Source: Pyrolobus fumarii 1A
GTDB lineage: Archaea; Thermoproteota; Thermoprotei_A; Sulfolobales; Pyrodictiaceae
Assembly (NCBI RefSeq): GCF_000223395.1
Contig: NC_015931.1
Span: 300,001 to 332,000 of the forward strand
DNA length: 32,000 bases
Direction: 5' to 3'
Positions 15,343-23,142 of the stretch are shown here, one piece after another (position 1 is the first letter of the stretch; every line of letters starts with the position of its first letter). Below the pieces are notes generated by a model. The model did no database searches, had not been told where the DNA came from, and saw only the letters and a list, made by a program, of their open reading frames with translations. Made by a program: the position numbers and the translations under genes.

Positions 15343-17856
15343 TTAGCCTTGCGAGGCTGCAGTGATTGCAAACATCTTGTGTATGTAAGCTCGTACCAGC
15401 GGATCTGCATAGGCTAGCATGGCGGCGAGTATCAATGCGACTATTGTTAGTCTCAGTGTAGCCTTGAGGGAGCCGTCTATCGCCTTGCTGCCCACCGTGG
15501 CCATCGCTGCGCTAGCCTCGACTACCATGAGCCTGGTTGCCTCGACGCTAGCCGGGTTGAGGACGAAGAGGGTTGGCGTGGCTACGCCCGCGCCCGAGAC
15601 CTGACTAGTTATCCTCTGGAGCTGGACTGTGAACACCTCGGCGATCCCCGCGCTCATGGAGGCGAAGGAGGCTAGCATCACGGGAGCCGCGTACATCAGC
15701 GCCTCGTAGAGCCTCAGCTGGCTCTTCATCTCGCGGTAGGCGAGATAGTAGTCCTGGAGGAACCTGTGGAGAGTCTCCAGGACCCGTGGAGTACCGCCAC
15801 CCGTCGCCTCTATCTCGGCGACGGTGAAGAGAACTATCCTGGCGACCCTCGAGGGGGTCCAGAGCCTCAGCACCGCCTCGTCGAGCGGTACGTCGAGCCT
15901 CAGCATGGCCGCGAGCTTCTCAATTAGCGCGTTGAAGTGCTGGTTGTAGGGCTTCCTCTCGGCGAGGTCTAGGATGGCACTCGAGGGTGGTAGCCCGATC
16001 TTACGGTACTCGAGCAGGTCGCGGACGAAGAGGGGGAGAGCCGCCTCGTGGGCCCTGGCGATGCGCACCTGGAGCAGCCACTGGGCGCCGTAGCCGAGCC
16101 CCAGCGCCGCTATCACGGCTGTGAGGGCTGCCCAGGAGTACCCGTAGCTGAGCACACCCCACGCCGCCGCGACAGCCACGGCAACGGCGGGTATACCGTG
16201 GGCTATCGCCACCTCGGGAACCGTGAAACCCAGTTGCATTGACTGCACGATGCCGACGAAGACCGCAGCCATGAGGGGGATCCCCAGGTAGGTGAACACT
16301 TGGAGAAACGCAGCCTGCTCCACAGCGCCGCCGACAATCGCGAAAATGGAGGTTAGGAGGACAAAGGCAATCACCATCACCTCGCCGAGAGTCACCACCC
16401 TCTCGGCGAACTGACGGAGACGGAAACGGAGCCACTCGAGCTGCTCCCTAACCCTATCCTCCAGGTAGCCTAGGAGGTCCCCGCCTGTGACAACGAGGCT
16501 GGTGTACCCACGGAGCAGGTCGGCGAAGCTCCTGGAGGGGTGCGTATCCGCCAGCCTCTCCATAGCAGTGATCCAGTCGACGCCCTCCACCATCACAGTG
16601 CGCTCTAGGAGCCTAGCCTCCCTCTCCATAGCGGGGAGGATGGAGCCCCGGAGCCTCCTGAAAGCCTCGAAGAGGGAGACACCAGCAGCCTGAAGGCTGG
16701 CGGCGAGAAGCACGAACCATGGTAGCTCGTCCTCGACGCGTCTTCTCCTCTCACCCGCCTTGCTAGGTAGCTCTAGCCACGGGGAGGCTAGCGTGGAACA
16801 TGCCGCGAGGAGGGCTGCTCCAACCGCGGTTGCACCGAGTGTCGGCGAGAGTAGGGCGAGTGGCAGGAGGGAGGGGGTGGCCGCGAGCGTTAGAAGTGCT
16901 GCCGTGAGCCTCTTCGAGGCGTAGACTACCGGGTCTTCGAAGACAGCTGCGCGCTGCAGCATCGGCTTGATCCTCTCGGCGTAGGCCTCGAGGAGCTGCG
17001 CGAGCCTCTCGTGCTTGATTAGGAGCGCCACGTACCACCTCGAGTAGTGGGGTCTTATCGCGAGCCTCGGAGCCACCACCACAATCCTATAGATGCTCGT
17101 CGAGAGGCCCGCGAGGCCGTAGACTATCACGATGTAGCCGCTGGCGAGGCTGAGAGAATCCGGAGCCGCCACCAGCAGCGTATAGCCAGCGATAGTGTCT
17201 AGCGCGAACAGCACACCCTCCACGAGCTCAGCGCGGATGAAGGGCGCTTGGCCTCGAGGCGGGTGGATGATGACCCTACTGGGCTTCAGTTTCAGGCCAC
17301 GGACTGCGGCCAGCAGGGAGCCCGTCAAGGCTGGTATCAGGGCGGCTGCAAGGAACGGCCTACCGGGAAGGGCCGAGACAACGGCGAGAGCAGAGTAGGC
17401 GACGGCGGCGAACCTCCACTCGCCCGGCAGCAGCCTCACCGCGTAGTACGTCGAGACCAGGAGGAGCGGGGCGGATGCGAGCGCGAGCATGCTAGCGGGG
17501 CTTGCGGCCGCCACCAATGTTAGTGCGAGCGACTCGAGCAGCAAGAGCACTGAGTACCTTGGCTTGGGTCTCACTAAGCGGGTGGCCAGGTACGCCACGC
17601 TAGACGAGAGGAGGGGTGCGGCGAGCACCAGCGCTGGCAGCGGGCCTAGCAGAGCAACCGCGGTTGGAACTGATGCGGCGAACAACAGCGTTGACAGCCA
17701 ATGGGGGGTGGTGATCCCGAGTAGGACGCCCGCCAGGAGGCCGGACGCCAGCGCCACTATAGTATAATAGATATCTATCCCGTGATGGAGAGTCGGTAGC
17801 GACGCGAGCCACGCGATCACAGTGACCGCGGTTAGAGCGGCCCTCCTCGCATTCAC
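15343..17856 (-). CDS. TadC/FlaJ/PilC-type pilus platform protein (two T2SSF repeats) with a long polytopic N-terminal extension
   Basis: Two T2SSF-like repeats are present: ELPWFVLLAASLQAAGVSLFEAFRRL...GGDLLGYLEDRV and ALPLFVRDLLEYRKIGLPPSSAILDL...TGGGTPRVLETL. The protein is 837 aa, with roughly the first 380 aa being extra TM helices. It lies immediately downstream of the T2SSE ATPase. Confidence 0.75.
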   Translation of the reverse strand: MNARRAALTAVTVIAWLASLPTLHHGIDIYYTIVALASGLLAGVLLGITTPHWLSTLLFAASVPTAVALLGPLPALVLAAPLLSSSVAYLATRLVRPKPRYSVLLLLESLALTLVAAASPASMLALASAPLLLVSTYYAVRLLPGEWRFAAVAYSALAVVSALPGRPFLAAALIPALTGSLLAAVRGLKLKPSRVIIHPPRGQAPFIRAELVEGVLFALDTIAGYTLLVAAPDSLSLASGYIVIVYGLAGLSTSIYRIVVVAPRLAIRPHYSRWYVALLIKHERLAQLLEAYAERIKPMLQRAAVFEDPVVYASKRLTAALLTLAATPSLLPLALLSPTLGATAVGAALLAACSTLASPWLELPSKAGERRRRVEDELPWFVLLAASLQAAGVSLFEAFRRLRGSILPAMEREARLLERTVMVEGVDWITAMERLADTHPSRSFADLLRGYTSLVVTGGDLLGYLEDRVREQLEWLRFRLRQFAERVVTLGEVMVIAFVLLTSIFAIVGGAVEQAAFLQVFTYLGIPLMAAVFVGIVQSMQLGFTVPEVAIAHGIPAVAVAVAAAWGVLSYGYSWAALTAVIAALGLGYGAQWLLQVRIARAHEAALPLFVRDLLEYRKIGLPPSSAILDLAERKPYNQHFNALIEKLAAMLRLDVPLDEAVLRLWTPSRVARIVLFTVAEIEATGGGTPRVLETLHRFLQDYYLAYREMKSQLRLYEALMYAAPVMLASFASMSAGIAEVFTVQLQRITSQVSGAGVATPTLFVLNPASVEATRLMVVEASAAMATVGSKAIDGSLKATLRLTIVALILAAMLAYADPLVRAYIHKMFAITAASQG

Positions 17857-17880
17857 TCTAGATCCCGGGTTGTAACGAGG

Positions 17881-19515
17881 CTAGGCTGCAGTGCGGCGCC
17901 TCTGCATGTGGAACGCCTTAAGGTGCCGATAGAACTCTTTCCAGTTGTAGATCCTCTTCTCGGTTAGCCTCTCTAGGAGCTCGGCTCGGGCCGCCAGCTC
18001 CTCGACGAGGCGCCCCCGGTCCCAGCCCAGGGCCTCTGCCTTGACCTGAAGCCTCACGGATCTCCTCGCAACCTCCTCGGGGCTGCTTGGCTCGAAGGTG
18101 TCGCGGCGCGGGTCCCACCTGAACACCTGAGTGTACTCTATCTCGTCTTGGACTCCGGGTGCGCGCACCAGGATCCTCGGGTGGCCCTGCCTAGGCTCAG
18201 GGAGGATCTCGTAGACGGCCTTCACCCTGCGGACGGTTCTACCCTCGACGACGGTCCTCGTCATGAAGACGATGGTGTTGAGGACGCGGATGAATGAGGG
18301 GCCTACGCTGAGCGGCGGCGATACGAGCCTCGTCACCATCTCGTGTAGAGAGCCAGCATGGAAAGTGCCACCTCCCCCGTGACCCGTCGCAAGAGCCTGG
18401 ATGAGCACCGAGGCCTCCTCGCCTCTAACCTCGCCGACGACGATCACTTGCGCCCTCCTCCTAAGCGCGAACTTGACGAGGTCAAACAGCGTCACGTCTC
18501 TGGCGGTTCCCGCGAAGAAGGATCTCCTGGTGTATAGCGGGTCCCAGCCGGGATGCGGCAACCGGAGCTCAGGGACGTCCTCGACTGTCACTATCCTCCA
18601 GTCGGGTGGTGCCATGGAGAGCGTCGCGTTGAGCATGGTTGTCTTCCCCGAGGCCATCTCGCCGACGAAGAAGACGTTGCCGTAGAGCTCCAGGAGGAGC
18701 ATGAGGTACGCCGCGAGCAGCGGAGAGAGGGTACCTAGCTCCACCAGCTTAGGCACCGAGTAGGGGACCTCCGGGAACTTGCGGAGCACAAACCCGGGAC
18801 CAACACCGTGGATGTCGCCAAGGTTCAGAGCTATCCTGTGACGCTCTGGTGTACGCGCCTCGAGGAGAGGATTAGCCGTCGAGATGTACTGGCCAGCCTT
18901 CTGGGCCAACCGCTGCACATACCGGGCCATCTCAGCCTCCCGGGGCATCACGATGTTAGTCTCGATCCACGTGACCCACCCTACGTCACGGTGCACGACC
19001 TGCACGGGTCTACCCGGAAGTCCCGCAACCTCCTCGACGTTAGGGTCGCGCACCAACACATCGATAGGACCCCAACCGGCTACATCGCGAGTTACATAGT
19101 ACTGCAATGCCCTCAGGTCGTCCCCGCTCATCACGTCGGCTAGACCAAGCTCCTCGACAGCCTCGATCACAACGGCCTTCAGGTACTCCTCGTGATTGAT
19201 GCCGTCGGAGGGCGGCCTAGCGGTGAACGCAATATGGTCCATGACGAGAGGGTAGTAGCGTCTGACTGACTCGCTAACCGGTGGCTCGTGAACCAGATAC
19301 ATGACTTCATTCTCGAACTCGACAAGGTAGACCGTAGCCAGGTTGTCGACACCAGCACGGTATGATCTCAGAACCCTAGCCCTACCCGGCAATACTACAG
19401 CATCGGCTTGTGCGCTGACCAGGCGGTAGCCAGTCGCGATCCTCCGGCGTCGACGTCCGGGGACAAATGCATCGAGTAGTGCTTTTCTCAAGCCATTTAG
19501 GTCTAAGCCTTTCAC
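17881..19515 (-). CDS. GspE/FlaI/TadA-family (T2SSE) secretion/pilus assembly ATPase
   Basis: It has Walker A GEMASGKTT, Walker B VIVVGEVRGEE and His box TGHGGGGTFHAGS. The GTG start overlaps the upstream stop (GTGA). Confidence 0.85.
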   Translation of the reverse strand: MKGLDLNGLRKALLDAFVPGRRRRRIATGYRLVSAQADAVVLPGRARVLRSYRAGVDNLATVYLVEFENEVMYLVHEPPVSESVRRYYPLVMDHIAFTARPPSDGINHEEYLKAVVIEAVEELGLADVMSGDDLRALQYYVTRDVAGWGPIDVLVRDPNVEEVAGLPGRPVQVVHRDVGWVTWIETNIVMPREAEMARYVQRLAQKAGQYISTANPLLEARTPERHRIALNLGDIHGVGPGFVLRKFPEVPYSVPKLVELGTLSPLLAAYLMLLLELYGNVFFVGEMASGKTTMLNATLSMAPPDWRIVTVEDVPELRLPHPGWDPLYTRRSFFAGTARDVTLFDLVKFALRRRAQVIVVGEVRGEEASVLIQALATGHGGGGTFHAGSLHEMVTRLVSPPLSVGPSFIRVLNTIVFMTRTVVEGRTVRRVKAVYEILPEPRQGHPRILVRAPGVQDEIEYTQVFRWDPRRDTFEPSSPEEVARRSVRLQVKAEALGWDRGRLVEELAARAELLERLTEKRIYNWKEFYRHLKAFHMQRRRTAA

Positions 19516-19763
19516 GCCGTCACCCAGTGGTAGGGTTGTGCGTGTGCAGTGACTGCGGATGTTCTGGTCTTCTCACTCTCCAGGTTTTCGAGTAGTAGTG
19601 CAACAGCCGAGCCTACGAGCAGACCAAGTGCGCCGCCAAGCGCTGCACCAGTTACACGGCCTAGTGCATAACCCAGAGTTATGCCTGCAAGTGTCGTAGC
19701 AGCTATCATTGCTAGCTTCGGGTCGCTTGTCCTAAGGTATAGTTCATATAACATGTTCATCAT
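19512..19763 (-). CDS. small Gly-rich 2-TM membrane protein (CedA2/VirB2-like candidate)
   Basis: The sequence begins MMNMLYELYLRTSDPKLAMIAATTLAGITLGYALGRVTGAALGGALGLLVGSAVALLL. The ATG at 19763 was chosen because the ORF-track extension overlaps the upstream gene. A hairpin abuts the start. Confidence 0.5.
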   Translation of the reverse strand: MMNMLYELYLRTSDPKLAMIAATTLAGITLGYALGRVTGAALGGALGLLVGSAVALLLENLESEKTRTSAVTAHAQPYHWVTA

Positions 19764-19783
19764 CCCCCGAAAGTATTCGGGGG
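19764..19783 (-). other. perfect stem-loop CCCCCGAA-AGTA-TTCGGGGG abutting the start codon
   Basis: An 8-bp G/C-rich stem with a 4-nt loop fills most of the 29-nt gap between the stop at 19793-19795 and the ATG at 19763. Confidence 0.7.
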
Positions 19784-19792
19784 CGTAATACG

Positions 19793-20968
19793 TTAATATT
19801 CCTGCTGCTGGTGTGTGAAAGCGTGCCAAGGTATCCCTAGGGTCTCGTCGACGACCCGCTTGTAGTATCTCCTTGTTTGAAGTTTCCACAACGTATGTTT
19901 GTAAGCATGTTGTAGAATGTAACCTAGGCCGCCTAGCGGGTATGTTGGCTCTCTTATCGCATGTATCAGACCCCGGGTGAACCCGACTATCCTCGAGGCT
20001 ATTCCGCCTGTGGGTGTCGTGACCGGCCATGGTAGTGGGCTTCGGACGAGTTCTGGGGCTGCTGCCAGGTGTGGCACGATCTGTCTGATTGTCTTTGCCG
20101 CTGCGGGGCCAGCCACATAGCCTAGGAACATGCTTGTCAGGGCCATTGTCGTGGAGGCTCTAGGAGCTAGGATGCTGGCGATGACTGGGGCGAAGAAGCT
20201 GGCTGCTATCATCATGAGTGTGAGGCCGGCCTCGTAGACGCCGCTGGGGTCCCAGTGGGTTATGAGTTCGGACCCCAGCCTGTACACCGCAGATGCCAAC
20301 AGAGGCACGAAGAGCAGGCCGGTGAGGGTTGACACCGCCCCATGGGCCACGTCCCGCACGTACCTGGCGGGAGCGAGCGTCAGGGCTAACCATAGTGGGA
20401 GTGTCGCTGCTAACACCGCTGTAAGCATCAAGCGGAGCGCGTTGAACATCCCGAGGAAGATCATGATGGAGAAGAAGGCTGTGAGGACTGCTGGAGCCCC
20501 GAGCAGCGTCGCACCGCCTATGACTGCCGCCGCGCCCTCGGTGACCTTCGCGAGGTAGACGTCCTCGGGGTTGCCCGAGAAGAGGGTGTAGGACCCCCAC
20601 GCGACGAGAGCAGCCGCCCCGTCGTAGACGTGCTTCGAGAGGAGGATGGCTAAGAGGACTAGGAGCGAGCGTTTCAACACAGTGCCCAGCTCCACCCTAT
20701 CCTCATAGAGGTATTCCAGAAGCGCGAGGAGGGTCATGAAGGTGTAGGCCAGGATGCCTAGCAGCAGGGAGGTGTCGTACACCGCGTTCATGGCGGGCGC
20801 GAGGTCGTGGAAGACGCGGGGCGCGTCGCGAGTATAGACGTCGAAACCGGGGACGGCAAGGCTAAGCTCGATGACAGGCTTCACGGTAAACTCGGCGATG
20901 AAACGCGCGACAGGATCGATAAGCGTCTTGAAAAGCTCGTTAAGCGCGTCGAATATCGGGTTTCCCAT
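19793..20968 (-). CDS. polytopic membrane protein, VirB6/TrbL/CedA-like candidate
   Basis: It is 391 aa with many TM helices, flanked on both sides by small 2-TM genes as in cedA1-cedA-cedA2. The assignment rests on architecture and context, not on a recognised motif. Confidence 0.5.
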   Translation of the reverse strand: MGNPIFDALNELFKTLIDPVARFIAEFTVKPVIELSLAVPGFDVYTRDAPRVFHDLAPAMNAVYDTSLLLGILAYTFMTLLALLEYLYEDRVELGTVLKRSLLVLLAILLSKHVYDGAAALVAWGSYTLFSGNPEDVYLAKVTEGAAAVIGGATLLGAPAVLTAFFSIMIFLGMFNALRLMLTAVLAATLPLWLALTLAPARYVRDVAHGAVSTLTGLLFVPLLASAVYRLGSELITHWDPSGVYEAGLTLMMIAASFFAPVIASILAPRASTTMALTSMFLGYVAGPAAAKTIRQIVPHLAAAPELVRSPLPWPVTTPTGGIASRIVGFTRGLIHAIREPTYPLGGLGYILQHAYKHTLWKLQTRRYYKRVVDETLGIPWHAFTHQQQEY

Positions 20969-20987
20969 AGCCCGTACACCTCTACCC

Positions 20988-21275
20988 TCACTCGGCGGTG
21001 ACTAGGCGCAGCACATTCACCGCGATGACCATCCCCGCTATCGCCGAGACTATCCACTGGACCCAGCGGAGCAGAGTCACCATCATGTCGCCGAGCGTCC
21101 TCCCGCTCGGCAGCTGTACCTTCGCAACGTCGGGCTGCTGGCTGTAGATGCCCCAGCCTAGGAAGCTCCTCGCGAAGAAGTCGATTGCATAGGGGAGGAT
21201 CCACACGAGGATCAACACAAAAACAGCGACCATCAACTGCTTCTTGGCTCGTGCAGCCTCGAACGGGTCCGGCAC
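20988..21275 (-). CDS. small 2-TM protein (VirB2/CedA1-like pilin candidate)
   Basis: Two hydrophobic helices are present (LMVAVFVLILVWILPYAIDFF and MMVTLLRWVQWIVSAIAGMVIAV). GTG 21275 was chosen because motif-2 lies 27 nt upstream of it. The alternatives are ATG 21377, which adds a 34-aa hydrophilic leader and overlaps the upstream gene, or ATG 21233. Confidence 0.4.
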   Translation of the reverse strand: MPDPFEAARAKKQLMVAVFVLILVWILPYAIDFFARSFLGWGIYSQQPDVAKVQLPSGRTLGDMMVTLLRWVQWIVSAIAGMVIAVNVLRLVTAE

Positions 21276-21302
21276 GGATCCCGCACCCAGGAGTGTGGCG
21301 GG

Positions 21303-21316
21303 GACCCCGCAGTGGC
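21303..21316 (-). promoter_or_regulatory. motif-2 copy (minus strand GCCACTGCGGGGTC)
   Basis: The exact 12-mer core lies 27 nt upstream of the GTG at 21275. Confidence 0.45.
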
Positions 21317-21357
21317 GTGAGGCGGTTGTCGAGAGGTGTTCAGGGTGGTGGCATGTG

Positions 21358-21795
21358 TTAACCGCGGTTGCCGGCAACGCTGGCGACCTTGCACCTCATT
21401 TCTCCCACAACCCCTCCCAAGATCATGGCAGACGTGGAAAGCGCGGCGCTTACGGGGTCTACCGCGGGTCTAACACCGAACAAGCTCAGGGTGAGCGTGG
21501 CTAACACGACAACCGTGAAGTACGGCACAGCTATGGAGATGGCCCCTCGAAGACCGTGTCTAAACCCCTCCGTGAATGACTCCACCAGACCCACGAGCAC
21601 CAGGGTCACGCTAAACGCGGCGAGTAGAGGTACGTTTATCAGAGGCTGGGCGTTGACACCTAGCGTGCGAAGCCAGGCCATAAAAGCCGTCTCAGCTGCG
21701 TGTATCGCCCTGAGGCCCATCTGTAAAAAGCTGTGCAAGACATCCTCGAGGGCCATCTCGACTATAATGAAGGGATTGTGAGACATGCGCACCAC
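21358..21795 (-). CDS. membrane protein (3-4 TM), first gene of the Ced-like block
   Basis: It is 145 aa with several hydrophobic segments. The start is GTG 21795 or ATG 21786. The stop codon lies inside the palindrome ttAACCGCGGTTGc (21358-21371). Confidence 0.5.
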   Translation of the reverse strand: MVRMSHNPFIIVEMALEDVLHSFLQMGLRAIHAAETAFMAWLRTLGVNAQPLINVPLLAAFSVTLVLVGLVESFTEGFRHGLRGAISIAVPYFTVVVLATLTLSLFGVRPAVDPVSAALSTSAMILGGVVGEMRCKVASVAGNRG

Positions 21796-21817
21796 CGTGA
21801 TCTCGAAGTATGTCTGT

Positions 21818-21826
21818 GCTTTTACG
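21818..21826 (-). promoter_or_regulatory. A/T-rich box (minus strand CGTAAAAGC), candidate TATA element for the 21795 operon
   Basis: Its centre is about 26 nt upstream of GTG 21795, consistent with a leaderless or short-leader transcript. It rests on a single weak motif. Confidence 0.3.
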
Positions 21827-21900
21827 CGTGCCTGTGTACCTCTATGCTGGCGTTAGACTAGGTATGTGTGGTTAGCTCCTTGGCGTCCGTGCCTGCACTT

Positions 21901-21920
21901 GGCTTCTCCCGCGAGAAGCC
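21901..21920. other. perfect stem-loop GGCTTCTC-CCGC-GAGAAGCC between the regulator genes and the Ced-like operon
   Basis: An 8-bp stem with a 4-nt loop lies 49 nt downstream of the Zn-finger/RHH gene stop (21969). A related word GCTTCTCCCGTG recurs at about 21942. Confidence 0.6.
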
Positions 21921-21968
21921 CGAGTACGAAAGCCACCATGAGCTTCTCCCGTGCGCCTATCTTCATCC

Positions 21969-22493
21969 TCAGCAGCTCCTCAGCTGGGCTAGTACCGCAG
22001 CGGCGCGTAGGAGGTCGGAGCGCGTGAGGCCTAGCGCCTTTGCCCTCTCGTCAACCTCCTCGTCGAGCTCCGCCGGGAGCTTTACAGACCTGATGGTGGG
22101 CGCCTTGCAGCGTAGAGCCTCCATGCTCAGCTTGTTCACCGTATCGGCGTCCATCTCGAGCACCTTGCGTAGGGCCTCTCGTAGAGGCCCGGACCCGGGG
22201 AAGATGCACGTCTTGAACGTGGTCACTACGCTCCTGGCTCTACGCTCCACCCCCGCTCCCGCCGCCGGGGGTACCAGCTTGACGCGCGAGCCGCGGGAGC
22301 AGAGATAGGCGAGCATCCTGTGACACTCGTCGCTGAAACGCGACGAGTGTACAAGCGCGCCGGCCACACCCCGGAGGGGGCGGCCACAGCAAGGACACGC
22401 GTTGAACACGTGCACCTTCTTGACGTGCCTCTTGAGGCTGGATAGTTGCTTGTAGCTGCGCCCGCAGAACGGACACACGTACAACCCTACCAC
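21969..22493 (-). CDS. C2H2 zinc-finger / ribbon-helix-helix (CopG-like) fusion DNA-binding protein
   Basis: The N-terminal YVCPFCGRSYKQLSSLKRHVKKVH is a classic C2H2 finger, and CPCCG...H follows. The C-terminal RSVKLPAELDEEVDERAKALGLTRSDLLRAAAVLA is RHH-like. Confidence 0.6.
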   Translation of the reverse strand: MVGLYVCPFCGRSYKQLSSLKRHVKKVHVFNACPCCGRPLRGVAGALVHSSRFSDECHRMLAYLCSRGSRVKLVPPAAGAGVERRARSVVTTFKTCIFPGSGPLREALRKVLEMDADTVNKLSMEALRCKAPTIRSVKLPAELDEEVDERAKALGLTRSDLLRAAAVLAQLRSC

Positions 22494-22768
22494 CCCGCTA
22501 TCGCCGCGAGCCTCTCAAGCCTCCTGAGGAGGAGCCCACCGAGCCTCTCCCCGCGCAGCCTCACGACGCCACCCCTCTCCTCCAGCAGCCCGGCCGCAGC
22601 GAGAACCTCGATCTCCTCCCGCACGCCGCGCCCACCACCAGCGATTATGACATTGCGCTTCTCCCTGACGCGCCTCACAGCAGCCTCGATATCCTCCACC
22701 CTAGCCTCGCCACCGTTAGCCGCCAGGTAGCCCAGGAGAAAGTCACGGAGGAACACCACCCTCCTCAC
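22487..22768 (-). CDS. small winged-helix-like DNA-binding protein (tentative)
   Basis: It is 93 aa. FLLGYLAANGGEARVEDIEAAV...LAAAGLLEERGGVVRL resembles a wHTH layout. It overlaps both neighbouring genes. Confidence 0.4.
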   Translation of the reverse strand: MRRVVFLRDFLLGYLAANGGEARVEDIEAAVRRVREKRNVIIAGGGRGVREEIEVLAAAGLLEERGGVVRLRGERLGGLLLRRLERLAAIAGW

Positions 22769-23124
22769 CGCCCACCACCCCCAGCCTCGAGATACTCGCC
22801 GCAGAGACGAGCACGGGCAGCATCGCCGCTAGAGAGCACCGGGACGCCGTCACGCTCCACGATGATCTTGACCCTCCTCGCCTTCGACGCCAGCTCCTCG
22901 AGGAGATCCAGCCACTCGTCCTCATCCATAGGCACGCCAGGGGCGGCCACCGGAGGCTCAACCTCGAAGACCAGGCCCTCCCCATCCGCCAGCTCCTTCA
23001 CCATCCTACCCGTGATCATCGAGAGCTGGTGGACGAGGAAGCCAAGCTCCTGGTACGTCTCCGGGGTCACTGGCAGATCCCAGACGAGGCGAACCCGGTA
23101 CCCCGACACCCCACGCCACCCCAC
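22765..23124 (-). CDS. hypothetical protein
   Basis: This 119-aa ORF is first in the minus-strand regulator operon and faces a divergent promoter region. Confidence 0.45.
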   Translation of the reverse strand: MGWRGVSGYRVRLVWDLPVTPETYQELGFLVHQLSMITGRMVKELADGEGLVFEVEPPVAAPGVPMDEDEWLDLLEELASKARRVKIIVERDGVPVLSSGDAARARLCGEYLEAGGGGR

Positions 23125-23142
23125 CAGCCGCCAGACAGATTA

